Source: a virus
Length of the DNA: 64,000 bases
IMG/VR virus record: IMGVR_UViG_3300035701_000011
Coordinates: 1 to 64,000 of that record
Direction: 5' to 3' (one strand)
Shown here: one piece after another, positions 51,328-60,323 of the stretch
How the letters are laid out: each line of letters opens with the position of its first letter
Position numbering within the stretch: position 1 is the first letter of the stretch
Notes under the pieces: model-generated
Told to the model about the DNA's origin: nothing
Seen by the model: the letters and a program-made list of their open reading frames with translations, nothing else
Databases searched by the model: none
Translations under genes and position numbers: made by a program

Positions 51328-52371
51328 TTGGAGATAATGATAATGAATAATGTTTTAATCTATTCTGATTTGCATATCAATCAATCCTCCCTAAAAGAAT
51401 GTATAACAATCCTTGAAGAAATAGGTATGCTTACTAATAAGTATAATATTGATACACTTATTAATTTAGGTGATACATTCGATGGTCTAAAACCAAGTAG
51501 TCAAGAGTTAGATGTTTTTGCAACTTTTATTAAAAGATTAGGAAATGATAAAAAACATATTATCCTGGCTGCGGACAGCCATGAAAGTACCACGCAAGAA
51601 GAATCAATTTTAAATCATTATGGAATTCTTTCTGATAATGTGCAAATTGTCAAAGAATATAAAGATGGTAATCATCTTTATTGTGGACATTTTAGTATTA
51701 AGGAATCTATTGTAAATTATGGAGCCAAACTTTCTAAAGAAGATTTAAAAAATTATATATATGTTTTTCTTGGACACATTCACAGTTATCAAGTTATAAA
51801 GCCTAACATTTGTCATTTAGGAAGTTGTAGATATGTTGATTTTGATGAGGCAAAAGATGAGTATAAAGTCATAACCATTATTAGCGATTATAAAACAGAA
51901 CAGGAAGAAGTTCATTTTATGAAGTTAAAAAGTCCTATCCCAATGATTCAATTAGAGTTAGGTAAAAATAACCCAAAAGAGGCGATTTTAGACACGATTT
52001 CGGACCAAAACAAAGGTATAGAGAAAGATACTCTGGAACCTAAATCGAGGCAAATTGCCTGTATAAACCCCCTAAATTCCTATAGTTTTGAGGCAGTATG
52101 TCAATTTTTAGATAAAGCAGACCACAAGACTAAAGTTAAGGTTAAAATCCTCGATTTTGAATCTTTCCGCCAATTCCTTCCCTTATGTAGTAAATACAAT
52201 ACAAAATTTGAGACATTTAAGTATGAAACTGATTTTACAATCATTTCGGTAGATAATCAAAATTGTAAAGATACTGCAATAGTTAGTTTTAAAGAAGCAT
52301 TTATTAATTGGCTCAATAATCAGAAAATAGATGATAAGATTAGAGAAATCCTACAAAAAGAGATAGAATAA
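51328..52371 (+). CDS. sbcD: SbcD/Mre11-like nuclease
   Basis: SDLH, LGDTFD, SHE, GHIH; next to sbcC. Confidence 0.85.
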   Translation: MEIMIMNNVLIYSDLHINQSSLKECITILEEIGMLTNKYNIDTLINLGDTFDGLKPSSQELDVFATFIKRLGNDKKHIILAADSHESTTQEESILNHYGILSDNVQIVKEYKDGNHLYCGHFSIKESIVNYGAKLSKEDLKNYIYVFLGHIHSYQVIKPNICHLGSCRYVDFDEAKDEYKVITIISDYKTEQEEVHFMKLKSPIPMIQLELGKNNPKEAILDTISDQNKGIEKDTLEPKSRQIACINPLNSYSFEAVCQFLDKADHKTKVKVKILDFESFRQFLPLCSKYNTKFETFKYETDFTIISVDNQNCKDTAIVSFKEAFINWLNNQKIDDKIREILQKEIE

Positions 52372-52549
52372 TGATAGAACACAGAGTTTGGTGGGAAGAA
52401 ATAGAAAGATGTAAAGGAAAAAATAAAAATGGTTCTCCTTGTCATTTACCAACTCGTAGGGGATTTGAAATTAGTCCTGGAAATTTATTTGTTCCTTTAA
52501 CTTGTTGGAGACATCAAGAACAAGAAAATAAATTAAGGCAAATCAAAAC

Positions 52550-53329
52550 ATGATAATTAAATCCTTAAAGATTAATAATCTACAACTTATCAAATCAGCT
52601 CAGGTTAATTTTGATAAGATTAATATTATTTCTGGAATAAATAAAGATAATCCTTCCGAAAGTGGTAATGGGTCTGGTAAGTCTACTTTTGTTTTGCGTG
52701 CCATTTTATTTTGTCTCTACGGGTATTGCGAGGAAGGTCTAACCCTCAAAGATTTAATTCGCTTTGAAGAAAAAGAATGTTCAGTTACTTGTGAAATAAC
52801 CAATAACAATGAACATTACAGAATAATAAGAAAAATACCTAGTGAATTACAACTTTTCCTTAATGATAAGGAAATTCAAGCAAATACCGCAACTATTAAA
52901 CAAAATTTAATAAACGAATATTTTGGTGATGTTAGTTTTTTCAGACAATATAGATGTGTTGATTTAAAGAATGGAATAAATGTTTTAGATATGGGTATTG
53001 TATCTCTTCGCAAGACATTAATGAGTTTTATAGAAGGTATCTTTACTGAAATAAGAACTCGATTATTGGCACAAAAAGTAGAAAGAGAAAGGTATTCAAT
53101 TGATAAAAAATTATTCAAAAATTTCCTCTCAGAGAAGCGATTAAATATCTTAAATGCTTCATTAATTGAAGCAAAAACTGATTATCAACGATTTGAAAAA
53201 GAAAGAGATATACAACAAAATATTATTAATAAAATCAAATCAGAAATACAATCAAGAGAACAAATTATCTATTATAAAAAATCAGAATTAGAAAAATTAA
53301 AAAAAGGACAATGTCCTATAATAAAATGA
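52550..53329 (+). CDS. sbcC: SbcC/Rad50 ATPase, N-terminal half
   Basis: GNGSGKST Walker A then coiled coil, ends GQCPIIK. Confidence 0.88.
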   Translation: MIIKSLKINNLQLIKSAQVNFDKINIISGINKDNPSESGNGSGKSTFVLRAILFCLYGYCEEGLTLKDLIRFEEKECSVTCEITNNNEHYRIIRKIPSELQLFLNDKEIQANTATIKQNLINEYFGDVSFFRQYRCVDLKNGINVLDMGIVSLRKTLMSFIEGIFTEIRTRLLAQKVERERYSIDKKLFKNFLSEKRLNILNASLIEAKTDYQRFEKERDIQQNIINKIKSEIQSREQIIYYKKSELEKLKKGQCPIIK

Positions 53330-53997
53330 ACAAATGTATAATTTGTAAAGAAAAATTTCAACCAAATAGTAATAATCAAAAATGTTGTTCAATTGACTGT
53401 TATAAAATTCATAAGAACAACTATCAAATAATTTATCGCAGTAACAGGAACCAAGAAAAGAAAATGATTTGTTTGATTTGTAAAAATGAATTTATTAAGA
53501 TTGGTAATCAAATATGTTGCAGTAAAAAATGTTCTACTATTAATAAAAAAGAGAAACATATAATTTATCGATTAAATCATAAAAAAGTAAAAGAAATTTA
53601 TGATAATAATTATCGGCAAATTCATAGAATAGCAATAAATGAATCACATAAAAAACGTTTTGAATCTGATATTAATTTTAGAATAATGTGTAATTTAAGA
53701 AGTAGATTACTTTCAGCAATTAGGGGTAATCCAAAATTAGAAACTACTACAAAATTAGTTGGATGTAGTATAGATAAATTTAAGAAACATCTTGAAAAAC
53801 AGTTCAAAATAGGGATGAATTGGAATAATTGGGGTAGGGGTTGGAGTGGAATGGGCATGAAAGAATGGCATATAGACCATATTATTCCTTGTTGTCAATT
53901 TGATTTAACGAAAAAATTGGAACAAAAGAAGTGTTTTCATTATACTAATCTTCAACCTCTGTGGGCAATAGAAAACATGCAAAAAAGGAAAAAATAA
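53326..53997 (+). CDS. HNH endonuclease inserted in sbcC
   Basis: Two C..C/CCS..C repeats; WHIDHIIPC...NLQPLWA. Confidence 0.88.
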   Translation: MNKCIICKEKFQPNSNNQKCCSIDCYKIHKNNYQIIYRSNRNQEKKMICLICKNEFIKIGNQICCSKKCSTINKKEKHIIYRLNHKKVKEIYDNNYRQIHRIAINESHKKRFESDINFRIMCNLRSRLLSAIRGNPKLETTTKLVGCSIDKFKKHLEKQFKIGMNWNNWGRGWSGMGMKEWHIDHIIPCCQFDLTKKLEQKKCFHYTNLQPLWAIENMQKRKK

Positions 53998-54689
53998 TGG
54001 AATGTCCTATTCTAAAAGAAAAATATAACCTAATATATAAAGAAAAAGAGCAAGAAATTTTAAAATTAAATGAAGAGATTAACGATTATAAGAAACAATT
54101 AGAATTAGAACAAGATTCTATTTCTTATTATAATGATATGTTGGAATCAATTCGCAATAAAGAAGAAAAAGTACGACAAAAATTAACACAATTAAAGTCT
54201 GCATTTCAATTTGCTGATTATAAATATACTAAAGCCGACATCGTAATCTATGATGAAGCGGTAAAAATTTTAGATACATTTGCTGGTGAATATATAAAGG
54301 AATGGTTATCTTCTCTTTCAGTAATTATAAATAACCTTCTTCAACCTATAAATATTTCAGTAGAGTTTACTGCGGATAAAGATTTTTTACATGTTTATGA
54401 TAATGAACAAATGTTAAAGTATGACCAATTATCGAAAGGTCAGAAGACATTTTTGGGGTGTTTATTTAAATTTGCTATCTTAATGCAGCAAAATAAATCG
54501 GGGATAGTGATTTTAGACGATGGACTCAATGATATTGATTGGATTAATTTTAAAAATTTAATAAATATAATTAAAACTCTTCCCTTTCAAGCAATCTGTG
54601 TGTATCAGGGATTGCAAGAAAAAATAGAAGATACAAAACATTTTTTAGTTATAAGAGAAAAAGGAATTTCAAATGTTAAAACTGAATAA
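53997..54689 (+). CDS. sbcC: SbcC/Rad50 ATPase, C-terminal half
   Basis: Starts MECPILK; coiled coil; LSKGQK signature; VILDDG Walker B. Confidence 0.88.
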   Translation: MECPILKEKYNLIYKEKEQEILKLNEEINDYKKQLELEQDSISYYNDMLESIRNKEEKVRQKLTQLKSAFQFADYKYTKADIVIYDEAVKILDTFAGEYIKEWLSSLSVIINNLLQPINISVEFTADKDFLHVYDNEQMLKYDQLSKGQKTFLGCLFKFAILMQQNKSGIVILDDGLNDIDWINFKNLINIIKTLPFQAICVYQGLQEKIEDTKHFLVIREKGISNVKTE

Positions 54690-54944
54690 GAAAAAACATT
54701 TTAATTGTAAAAATTGTATCTGCCAAGAAAAGGTAAAATTTCAGAACAATGTATTATTTTGTTTTGGATTAATTAAAAAAACTTATTATAAAGAAGACCA
54801 CTATCGTTTTTGTATAATTAAAGGAAAAAAACGTTCAGCAAATGATATAATGTTAGAAGAACTTCATAGTATGTTAATGGGATTGTCAAGGATTCTTTTT
54901 CAAAAAAGATTAGAAGAAGTAAATAAAGATAGGAGATTAAAAAA

Positions 54945-56099
54945 ATGAATACTATTCAAATTAATAAGCCAGGGAATTCTACTATGGTATTAGTTATGGC
55001 TCCTACAGGAGCCTATTACGAAGATGATAAATATAAAGGTATATCTCATTTTTTAGAACATATGTGTTTTAAGGGAACTAAAAAAAGAACCAGAGAAGAA
55101 ATAAATTCTACAATAGAAAATGTAGGTGGTGATATTAATGCTTTTACTGATTGGGAAGTTACTGCTTATTGGGCAAGAGTTGGAAATGCCTACAAAAAAA
55201 TAGCATTTGATATTATTGAAGATTTAGTTACTAATCCTATTATTCCTGATAAAGAAGTAGATAAAGAAAGAGAAGTAATTATACAAGAATTAAAAATGGG
55301 CGTGGATGATGCCAAAGGATATACTTGGGATTTATTTCATTCTGCTCTTTATGAAAAAAAATCTGGATTTCATATATCAATTATAGGAACCAAAGAATCT
55401 CTTTATAGAATTAAACAAGAGGATTTGGAAAAATATCACAATCAATATTATAAATCAAATAATTTAACTAAAATAATCGTGGGTGATGTTCCCAATATTG
55501 AAAAATTTCAAATGAAATCCTACAATATAAAAGAAAATTTTGTGAATAAAAATCCTAAAGATAAATTAGTTACTCGCAAAGATATGACTCAAGCAAATAT
55601 TATTATAGGAAATAGTACAAAACCTTTTGTATCTACTCAAGAAGGAGAAATTTTAAATTGGTTATTATCTTCTCTCTATAATGATATGAGTGGTAGATTG
55701 TTTTCTGTTATTAGAGAACAAAATCATTTAGTTTATAGAATAAGATTTGGAATTGATTATAATAGAAATAGAGAAATGACTTGGAGTGTTTCTCTGGGAT
55801 TAGATAAGAAGAATATTGAAAAAGCAAGAAAATTAATTGTTCAAGAATTAATCAGACCTGCTACAAAAAAAGAAATTGAAACTATCATAAATAAAACTAT
55901 AGGTACTTTAGATTTATATTTGGATGATAATATTCATATAGCAAATCAAATCGCTTATTTTGTTACTCGTAATATTGATTATAAATTCTTTATTTATGAC
56001 TACAAAAAATATATAAAGCAAACTGCAAATTTAATTAATGATTATATTCAAGATTTACATTTTGAAAAAAATGTATTAGCTGGAGTAGTAGGAGAATAG
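54945..56099 (+). CDS. M16 family zinc peptidase
   Basis: GISHFLEHMCFKGT, NAFT. Confidence 0.93.
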   Translation: MNTIQINKPGNSTMVLVMAPTGAYYEDDKYKGISHFLEHMCFKGTKKRTREEINSTIENVGGDINAFTDWEVTAYWARVGNAYKKIAFDIIEDLVTNPIIPDKEVDKEREVIIQELKMGVDDAKGYTWDLFHSALYEKKSGFHISIIGTKESLYRIKQEDLEKYHNQYYKSNNLTKIIVGDVPNIEKFQMKSYNIKENFVNKNPKDKLVTRKDMTQANIIIGNSTKPFVSTQEGEILNWLLSSLYNDMSGRLFSVIREQNHLVYRIRFGIDYNRNREMTWSVSLGLDKKNIEKARKLIVQELIRPATKKEIETIINKTIGTLDLYLDDNIHIANQIAYFVTRNIDYKFFIYDYKKYIKQTANLINDYIQDLHFEKNVLAGVVGE

Positions 56100-56534
56100 A
56101 TGATTAAATATTTTATATTTACCTTAATTTTAGCCATTATAACTGCTCTATGGGAGATTCAGGCTGAAGGACATGATGGTTGGGCTAGGAATTTACCTAC
56201 TTTCCGCATCAATGTATTCTTTAAAAAGTTATTAGGTGGTAAAAGTTTGACTGGTTATCATATCTTTTTATTACTCTTATTTATAACAGTATTTCATGGA
56301 TTATTTATTAATGAATTAGGAACTTGGAAAATAGAATGTACTATTATTGGACTAGTATCTTGGTTTTTTGTAATAGAAGATGCATTGTGGTTTATTTTTA
56401 ATCCTCATTATACATTAAAAAAATTCTGTAAAGGAAAGATAGATTGGCATCGCAGATGGTTCTGTAAATTACCGATTACTTATTGGTGGGGAATGATTAT
56501 AGGTACTTTATTATTAATTTTAGGAGGAAAATAA
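56100..56534 (+). CDS. Membrane protein
   Basis: Multiple TMs; EIQAEG.DGWA.NLPT. Confidence 0.7.
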   Translation: MIKYFIFTLILAIITALWEIQAEGHDGWARNLPTFRINVFFKKLLGGKSLTGYHIFLLLLFITVFHGLFINELGTWKIECTIIGLVSWFFVIEDALWFIFNPHYTLKKFCKGKIDWHRRWFCKLPITYWWGMIIGTLLLILGGK

Positions 56535-56535
56535 A

Positions 56536-56655
56536 ATGTATTATTGTAATGATTGTGATATTGCACATGAAGAAAGAAATTGCCCTCTTTGTGAAGCAAA
56601 AAAAGAAATTAAACAACTAGAACAAGAAATAGAAAGATTAAATAATTTAGAATAA
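56536..56655 (+). CDS. 39-aa microprotein, paralog of 37558-37677
   Basis: MYYCNDCDIAHEERNCPLCEAKKEIKQLEQEIERLNNLE. Confidence 0.7.
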   Translation: MYYCNDCDIAHEERNCPLCEAKKEIKQLEQEIERLNNLE

Positions 56656-56659
56656 TAAA

Positions 56660-57247
56660 ATGCCATATAAAAATAAAAAAGTTAGAACTAAATACCATAA
56701 AATATATTATTCGAAGCATAAAGATAAAATTTTAAGAATTGCAAAAAAATACATAAAATTACATAAAATAAAAGTTTCTATTTATCAAAAAAATTATCGC
56801 AAGAAGCATAAAGAAAAAATTAAACAATATAATGAACAACATAAGAAAAAAATTAATTTACAGATGAGAAAATGGAGAAAAGAAAATAGAAAAAAGATAA
56901 CTCATTATATCAGGCAACGTAGAAATAATAATTTAGATATTAAATTAAAAGATTATTTAAGAAATAGATTATATCAAACTTTAAAAGGACTTTATAAATC
57001 TAAATCAATTTTAAAATTACTCGGTTGCTCTATTAATTTTTTAAAAAATCATTTAGAAAAATTATTTGCTAAAGGTATGAATTGGCAAAACTATGGTAAG
57101 TGGCATATAGACCACATCAAGCCTTGTGCTTCATTTGACTTGAGCAAACCCGAAGAGCAACGTAAGTGCTTTCATTATAAAAATCTTCAGCCCTTATGGG
57201 CGAAAGAAAATTATATTAAACACGATAACATTATAAAAGAGGAATAG
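56660..57247 (+). CDS. HNH endonuclease (WHIDH family)
   Basis: WHIDHIKPCASFDLSKPEEQRKCFHY.NLQPLWA. Confidence 0.88.
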   Translation: MPYKNKKVRTKYHKIYYSKHKDKILRIAKKYIKLHKIKVSIYQKNYRKKHKEKIKQYNEQHKKKINLQMRKWRKENRKKITHYIRQRRNNNLDIKLKDYLRNRLYQTLKGLYKSKSILKLLGCSINFLKNHLEKLFAKGMNWQNYGKWHIDHIKPCASFDLSKPEEQRKCFHYKNLQPLWAKENYIKHDNIIKEE

Positions 57248-57874
57248 ATGCTCAAAGATAAATTTCAAAATATTGAAGAATTTGATTTATATATAAAAGA
57301 ACAATTGGATAGACAAGTTAAAGGATATTTGACTTATACAGAAAGAAAACAATTAAAAATATTATCGGATAAGAATTATAAACCTATTTTTACAAAAGAA
57401 GAAAAACCTAAACTTCCTATAGTTACTGATATAAATGAATTAAAAAAACCTTGCCAAGAAGTAACTAAGGAAGATAACATTTCCGAAATAATCCAAAAAC
57501 TTAAAGATACCTTAGAAAGTAGAGGTGGGCTTGGAATTTCAGTCAATCAAGTAGAAATTAAAAAAAGAATCTCTTATATAAAAATCCCTAAATTCACCAA
57601 AGATAAAAGAATAGAATTTAATGAATATATCTTGATTAATGCTAAAATAATAGAAAAAGATAAACCTATTAAGGTTAAAAATGAAGGATGTTTGTCTTTC
57701 CCTGGAGTTTATGTAGATACATTAAGATATGTATTTTGTACAGTACAATTTTTAAATGAAAAAATGGAACAACAAACTGGAACGTTTCAAGATTTAGAGA
57801 GTCTTGTGGTACAACACGAATGTTCGCATCAAGAAGGTAAAACCATTTTCGATTATAAATGGAGAAATAAATGA
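57248..57874 (+). CDS. def: Peptide deformylase with N-terminal extension
   Basis: GLGISVNQV, EGCLSFPG, QHECSH. Confidence 0.88.
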   Translation: MLKDKFQNIEEFDLYIKEQLDRQVKGYLTYTERKQLKILSDKNYKPIFTKEEKPKLPIVTDINELKKPCQEVTKEDNISEIIQKLKDTLESRGGLGISVNQVEIKKRISYIKIPKFTKDKRIEFNEYILINAKIIEKDKPIKVKNEGCLSFPGVYVDTLRYVFCTVQFLNEKMEQQTGTFQDLESLVVQHECSHQEGKTIFDYKWRNK

Positions 57875-58449
57875 TTTTATTATTTTTAATAAGTTTAATA
57901 ATTTGTATTTTTTGTCATGAATTTGCACATTTAATAACAGCAAAAAAATGTGGTTGTGGAGTTTTAGTTTTTAGTATAGGATTTGGAAAACCAATTTATA
58001 GTTTTGAATGGAAAAAAACTCGTTATAATTTCACTCCTTTTTTACTGGGAGGATATTGTAAATTAGAAGGAGAATTAGATGGCAAATCAAACTCTCCAAT
58101 AGCATTTACCAATTTATCCTATAGAAAAAAATTAATGATTGCTTTGGCAGGAGTAACTACAAATATGTTAATGGGCTCAATGATTTTTTTAATAGGTAGA
58201 TTTATTCATTGTTATACATTAACTTATTTTGGATATTTAAGTTTTCTTTTAGGTCTTACAAATGCTATCCCATTTCCTGCATTAGATGGTAGTTATCCTA
58301 TTTTAGTTTGGTTAGAAAAATTTTATGGAAAAGAAAAAGGATATAAATTAATGGGAATTGTTTGTAAATGGGGATTTATTATTCTTATGATATTAAATAT
58401 ATTATGTATTCCTTATCTTATTCATTTAATAAAACAAGGGATTTTATAA
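57871..58449 (+). CDS. Site-2 protease (M50, RseP-like, no PDZ)
   Basis: HEFAH, FSIGFG, GGYCKL, NAIPFPALDG. Confidence 0.9.
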   Translation: MILLFLISLIICIFCHEFAHLITAKKCGCGVLVFSIGFGKPIYSFEWKKTRYNFTPFLLGGYCKLEGELDGKSNSPIAFTNLSYRKKLMIALAGVTTNMLMGSMIFLIGRFIHCYTLTYFGYLSFLLGLTNAIPFPALDGSYPILVWLEKFYGKEKGYKLMGIVCKWGFIILMILNILCIPYLIHLIKQGIL

Positions 58450-59621
58450 TGAAAATAAATAAAAAACTTTTTTGGATTTTTGTACTCAGTTCCTCTGTTT
58501 ATTTTACTCAAGGAATTGAAGGTCTTCCTGGATTGGCTTTAACATTTTATTTAAAAGAAAAATTACATCTTAATCCTTCAACTATAATGTATCTTGGGTC
58601 AATCATAGGTCTTGCTTGGTTAATAAAACCATTATGGGGATATTTATGTGATAATTATTTAACAAAAAAGAAATGGATAGTATTTTCTTTATTAGGAAGT
58701 TTAATAACTTGTCTTTATTTAGGATTAAATCCTTTTCTTGCCTTACCTATTATTATCTTGTTGGCTTCAATAGGAAGTTGGACTACAGCAATAAGAGATG
58801 TAGCGGTAGATGGGATTATGTGTGTGGAAGGGAAAGAAGCAAATGAATGTGGTAGAATTCAAAGTATCCAGTGGACATCTATTACTATTGCAGGAATTAT
58901 TGCAGGTCTTATTGGTGGATATGTTGCTGACCATTTTAATTATCAATTTGGATATTTATGTTTAATTCCCTTCTATTTAATAATTATGGGAGTCGTATTA
59001 AGATATAGAACAACTGTACCAAAAAATAGAATAAAATCTATATCTATTATAGATTCTATTTTATCTTATAAAGAATTATTTACTAATAAAAAATTCTTAA
59101 TTGGTTGCTTATTTTTATTTCTCTATAATTTTAATCCTTCATTTGGTACTCCATTATTTTTTATAGAGAGAGATTCGTTTCATTGGTCTGGTACATTTAT
59201 GGGGATATTGGGAGCCATTACTTCAGGTATAAGTATTATTGGGTCGATTTTATATTGGAAATTTGGAAAGAAAATAAATATTAAAAAATGTCTATTCTGG
59301 TCTGTATTTATTGGAGCTGGAACTACATTATGTTATCTTTATTTTACACCAATTAGTGCTGTAATTTATGGTCTAATATTTTCATTGGCAGGAATGTTCA
59401 TTTTTCTTAATGTGATGGCATGGATGGCTGAATCTACTATCACAGGGAAGGAAGCCACTTCATTTGCCTTACTTTGTAGTATAAATAATCTTGCAGGAAC
59501 TTGTTCTGGTCTTACTGGAGCATTTCTTTTTCCAAAAATAGGATTACAACCATTGATTATAGTTTCGGCATTAACGAGTTTTGCATGTTTACCTATTTTA
59601 AAAAGATTGGAAATAAAATGA
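58449..59621 (+). CDS. MFS transporter, folate-biopterin (BT1) type
   Basis: YFTQG...FYLKE.L...WLIKPLWG..D; DVAVDG; about 12 TMs. Confidence 0.8.
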   Translation: MKINKKLFWIFVLSSSVYFTQGIEGLPGLALTFYLKEKLHLNPSTIMYLGSIIGLAWLIKPLWGYLCDNYLTKKKWIVFSLLGSLITCLYLGLNPFLALPIIILLASIGSWTTAIRDVAVDGIMCVEGKEANECGRIQSIQWTSITIAGIIAGLIGGYVADHFNYQFGYLCLIPFYLIIMGVVLRYRTTVPKNRIKSISIIDSILSYKELFTNKKFLIGCLFLFLYNFNPSFGTPLFFIERDSFHWSGTFMGILGAITSGISIIGSILYWKFGKKINIKKCLFWSVFIGAGTTLCYLYFTPISAVIYGLIFSLAGMFIFLNVMAWMAESTITGKEATSFALLCSINNLAGTCSGLTGAFLFPKIGLQPLIIVSALTSFACLPILKRLEIK

Positions 59622-59722
59622 ATAACGAAAAATTTGAATACGATTTATTAGAAGATTTAAGATTTTTAGAAGAGAAATATTCTCATATAGAAAAAGATTA
59701 CCAACCCAGACAGGAGGAATAA

Positions 59723-60313
59723 ATGAATAGACCAAGAAGAGAAGAAGAACCAATAGAAGAATCTTTGGGAGACAAAAAAAACCGTTTCAATGAAGAATAT
59801 TATTTTAAAATGTTAAACAAGAACAGAATAATATTATTATATGATGAAATTGGTAATATTTCTGCTGATGTAGTATGTTCCAAAATTAAAGTCATGAATA
59901 TTCTTGATACTAAAAAAGAAATAACAATCGAAATAAATTCCCCTGGAGGAGATATTTCTTACGGATTTTCTATAATTAATGCTATGGAACAAAGTAAGGC
60001 ACCAATTCATACAATAATTAGTGGACAATGTTGTAGTATGGCAGCTATGATTAGTATAGTAGGCAAAAAAAGAAGTATATATTATAATTCTTACTGGATG
60101 AATCATCCTCTTTCTGAGGGGCAAGCAGACTATTTAAGTTTTATTAAAGATAGAACTACTTTTTTAATACATTTGGATAAAATGACAGAAAATCTTTTAA
60201 AAAAATATACTAAACTAAATAGAAAAGATTTAATAAAGATTGCTACTGGCGAATTATGGTTATCAGCAGAAGAATGTTTGAGAAAAGGTATTGTAGATAA
60301 AATAATAAAATAA
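59723..60313 (+). CDS. clpP: ClpP-like protease
   Basis: RIILL, INSPGG, CSMA (Ser), MNHP (His), WLSAEE...G.VD. Confidence 0.9.
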   Translation: MNRPRREEEPIEESLGDKKNRFNEEYYFKMLNKNRIILLYDEIGNISADVVCSKIKVMNILDTKKEITIEINSPGGDISYGFSIINAMEQSKAPIHTIISGQCCSMAAMISIVGKKRSIYYNSYWMNHPLSEGQADYLSFIKDRTTFLIHLDKMTENLLKKYTKLNRKDLIKIATGELWLSAEECLRKGIVDKIIK

Positions 60314-60323
60314 GGAAAATAAA

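Noticed and set aside
53310-54010. Group I intron or intein in sbcC (and polB)
   Set aside because: HNH ORFs fill the interval with stop/start overlaps, leaving no space for a ribozyme core; no intein terminal motifs and the frame is broken
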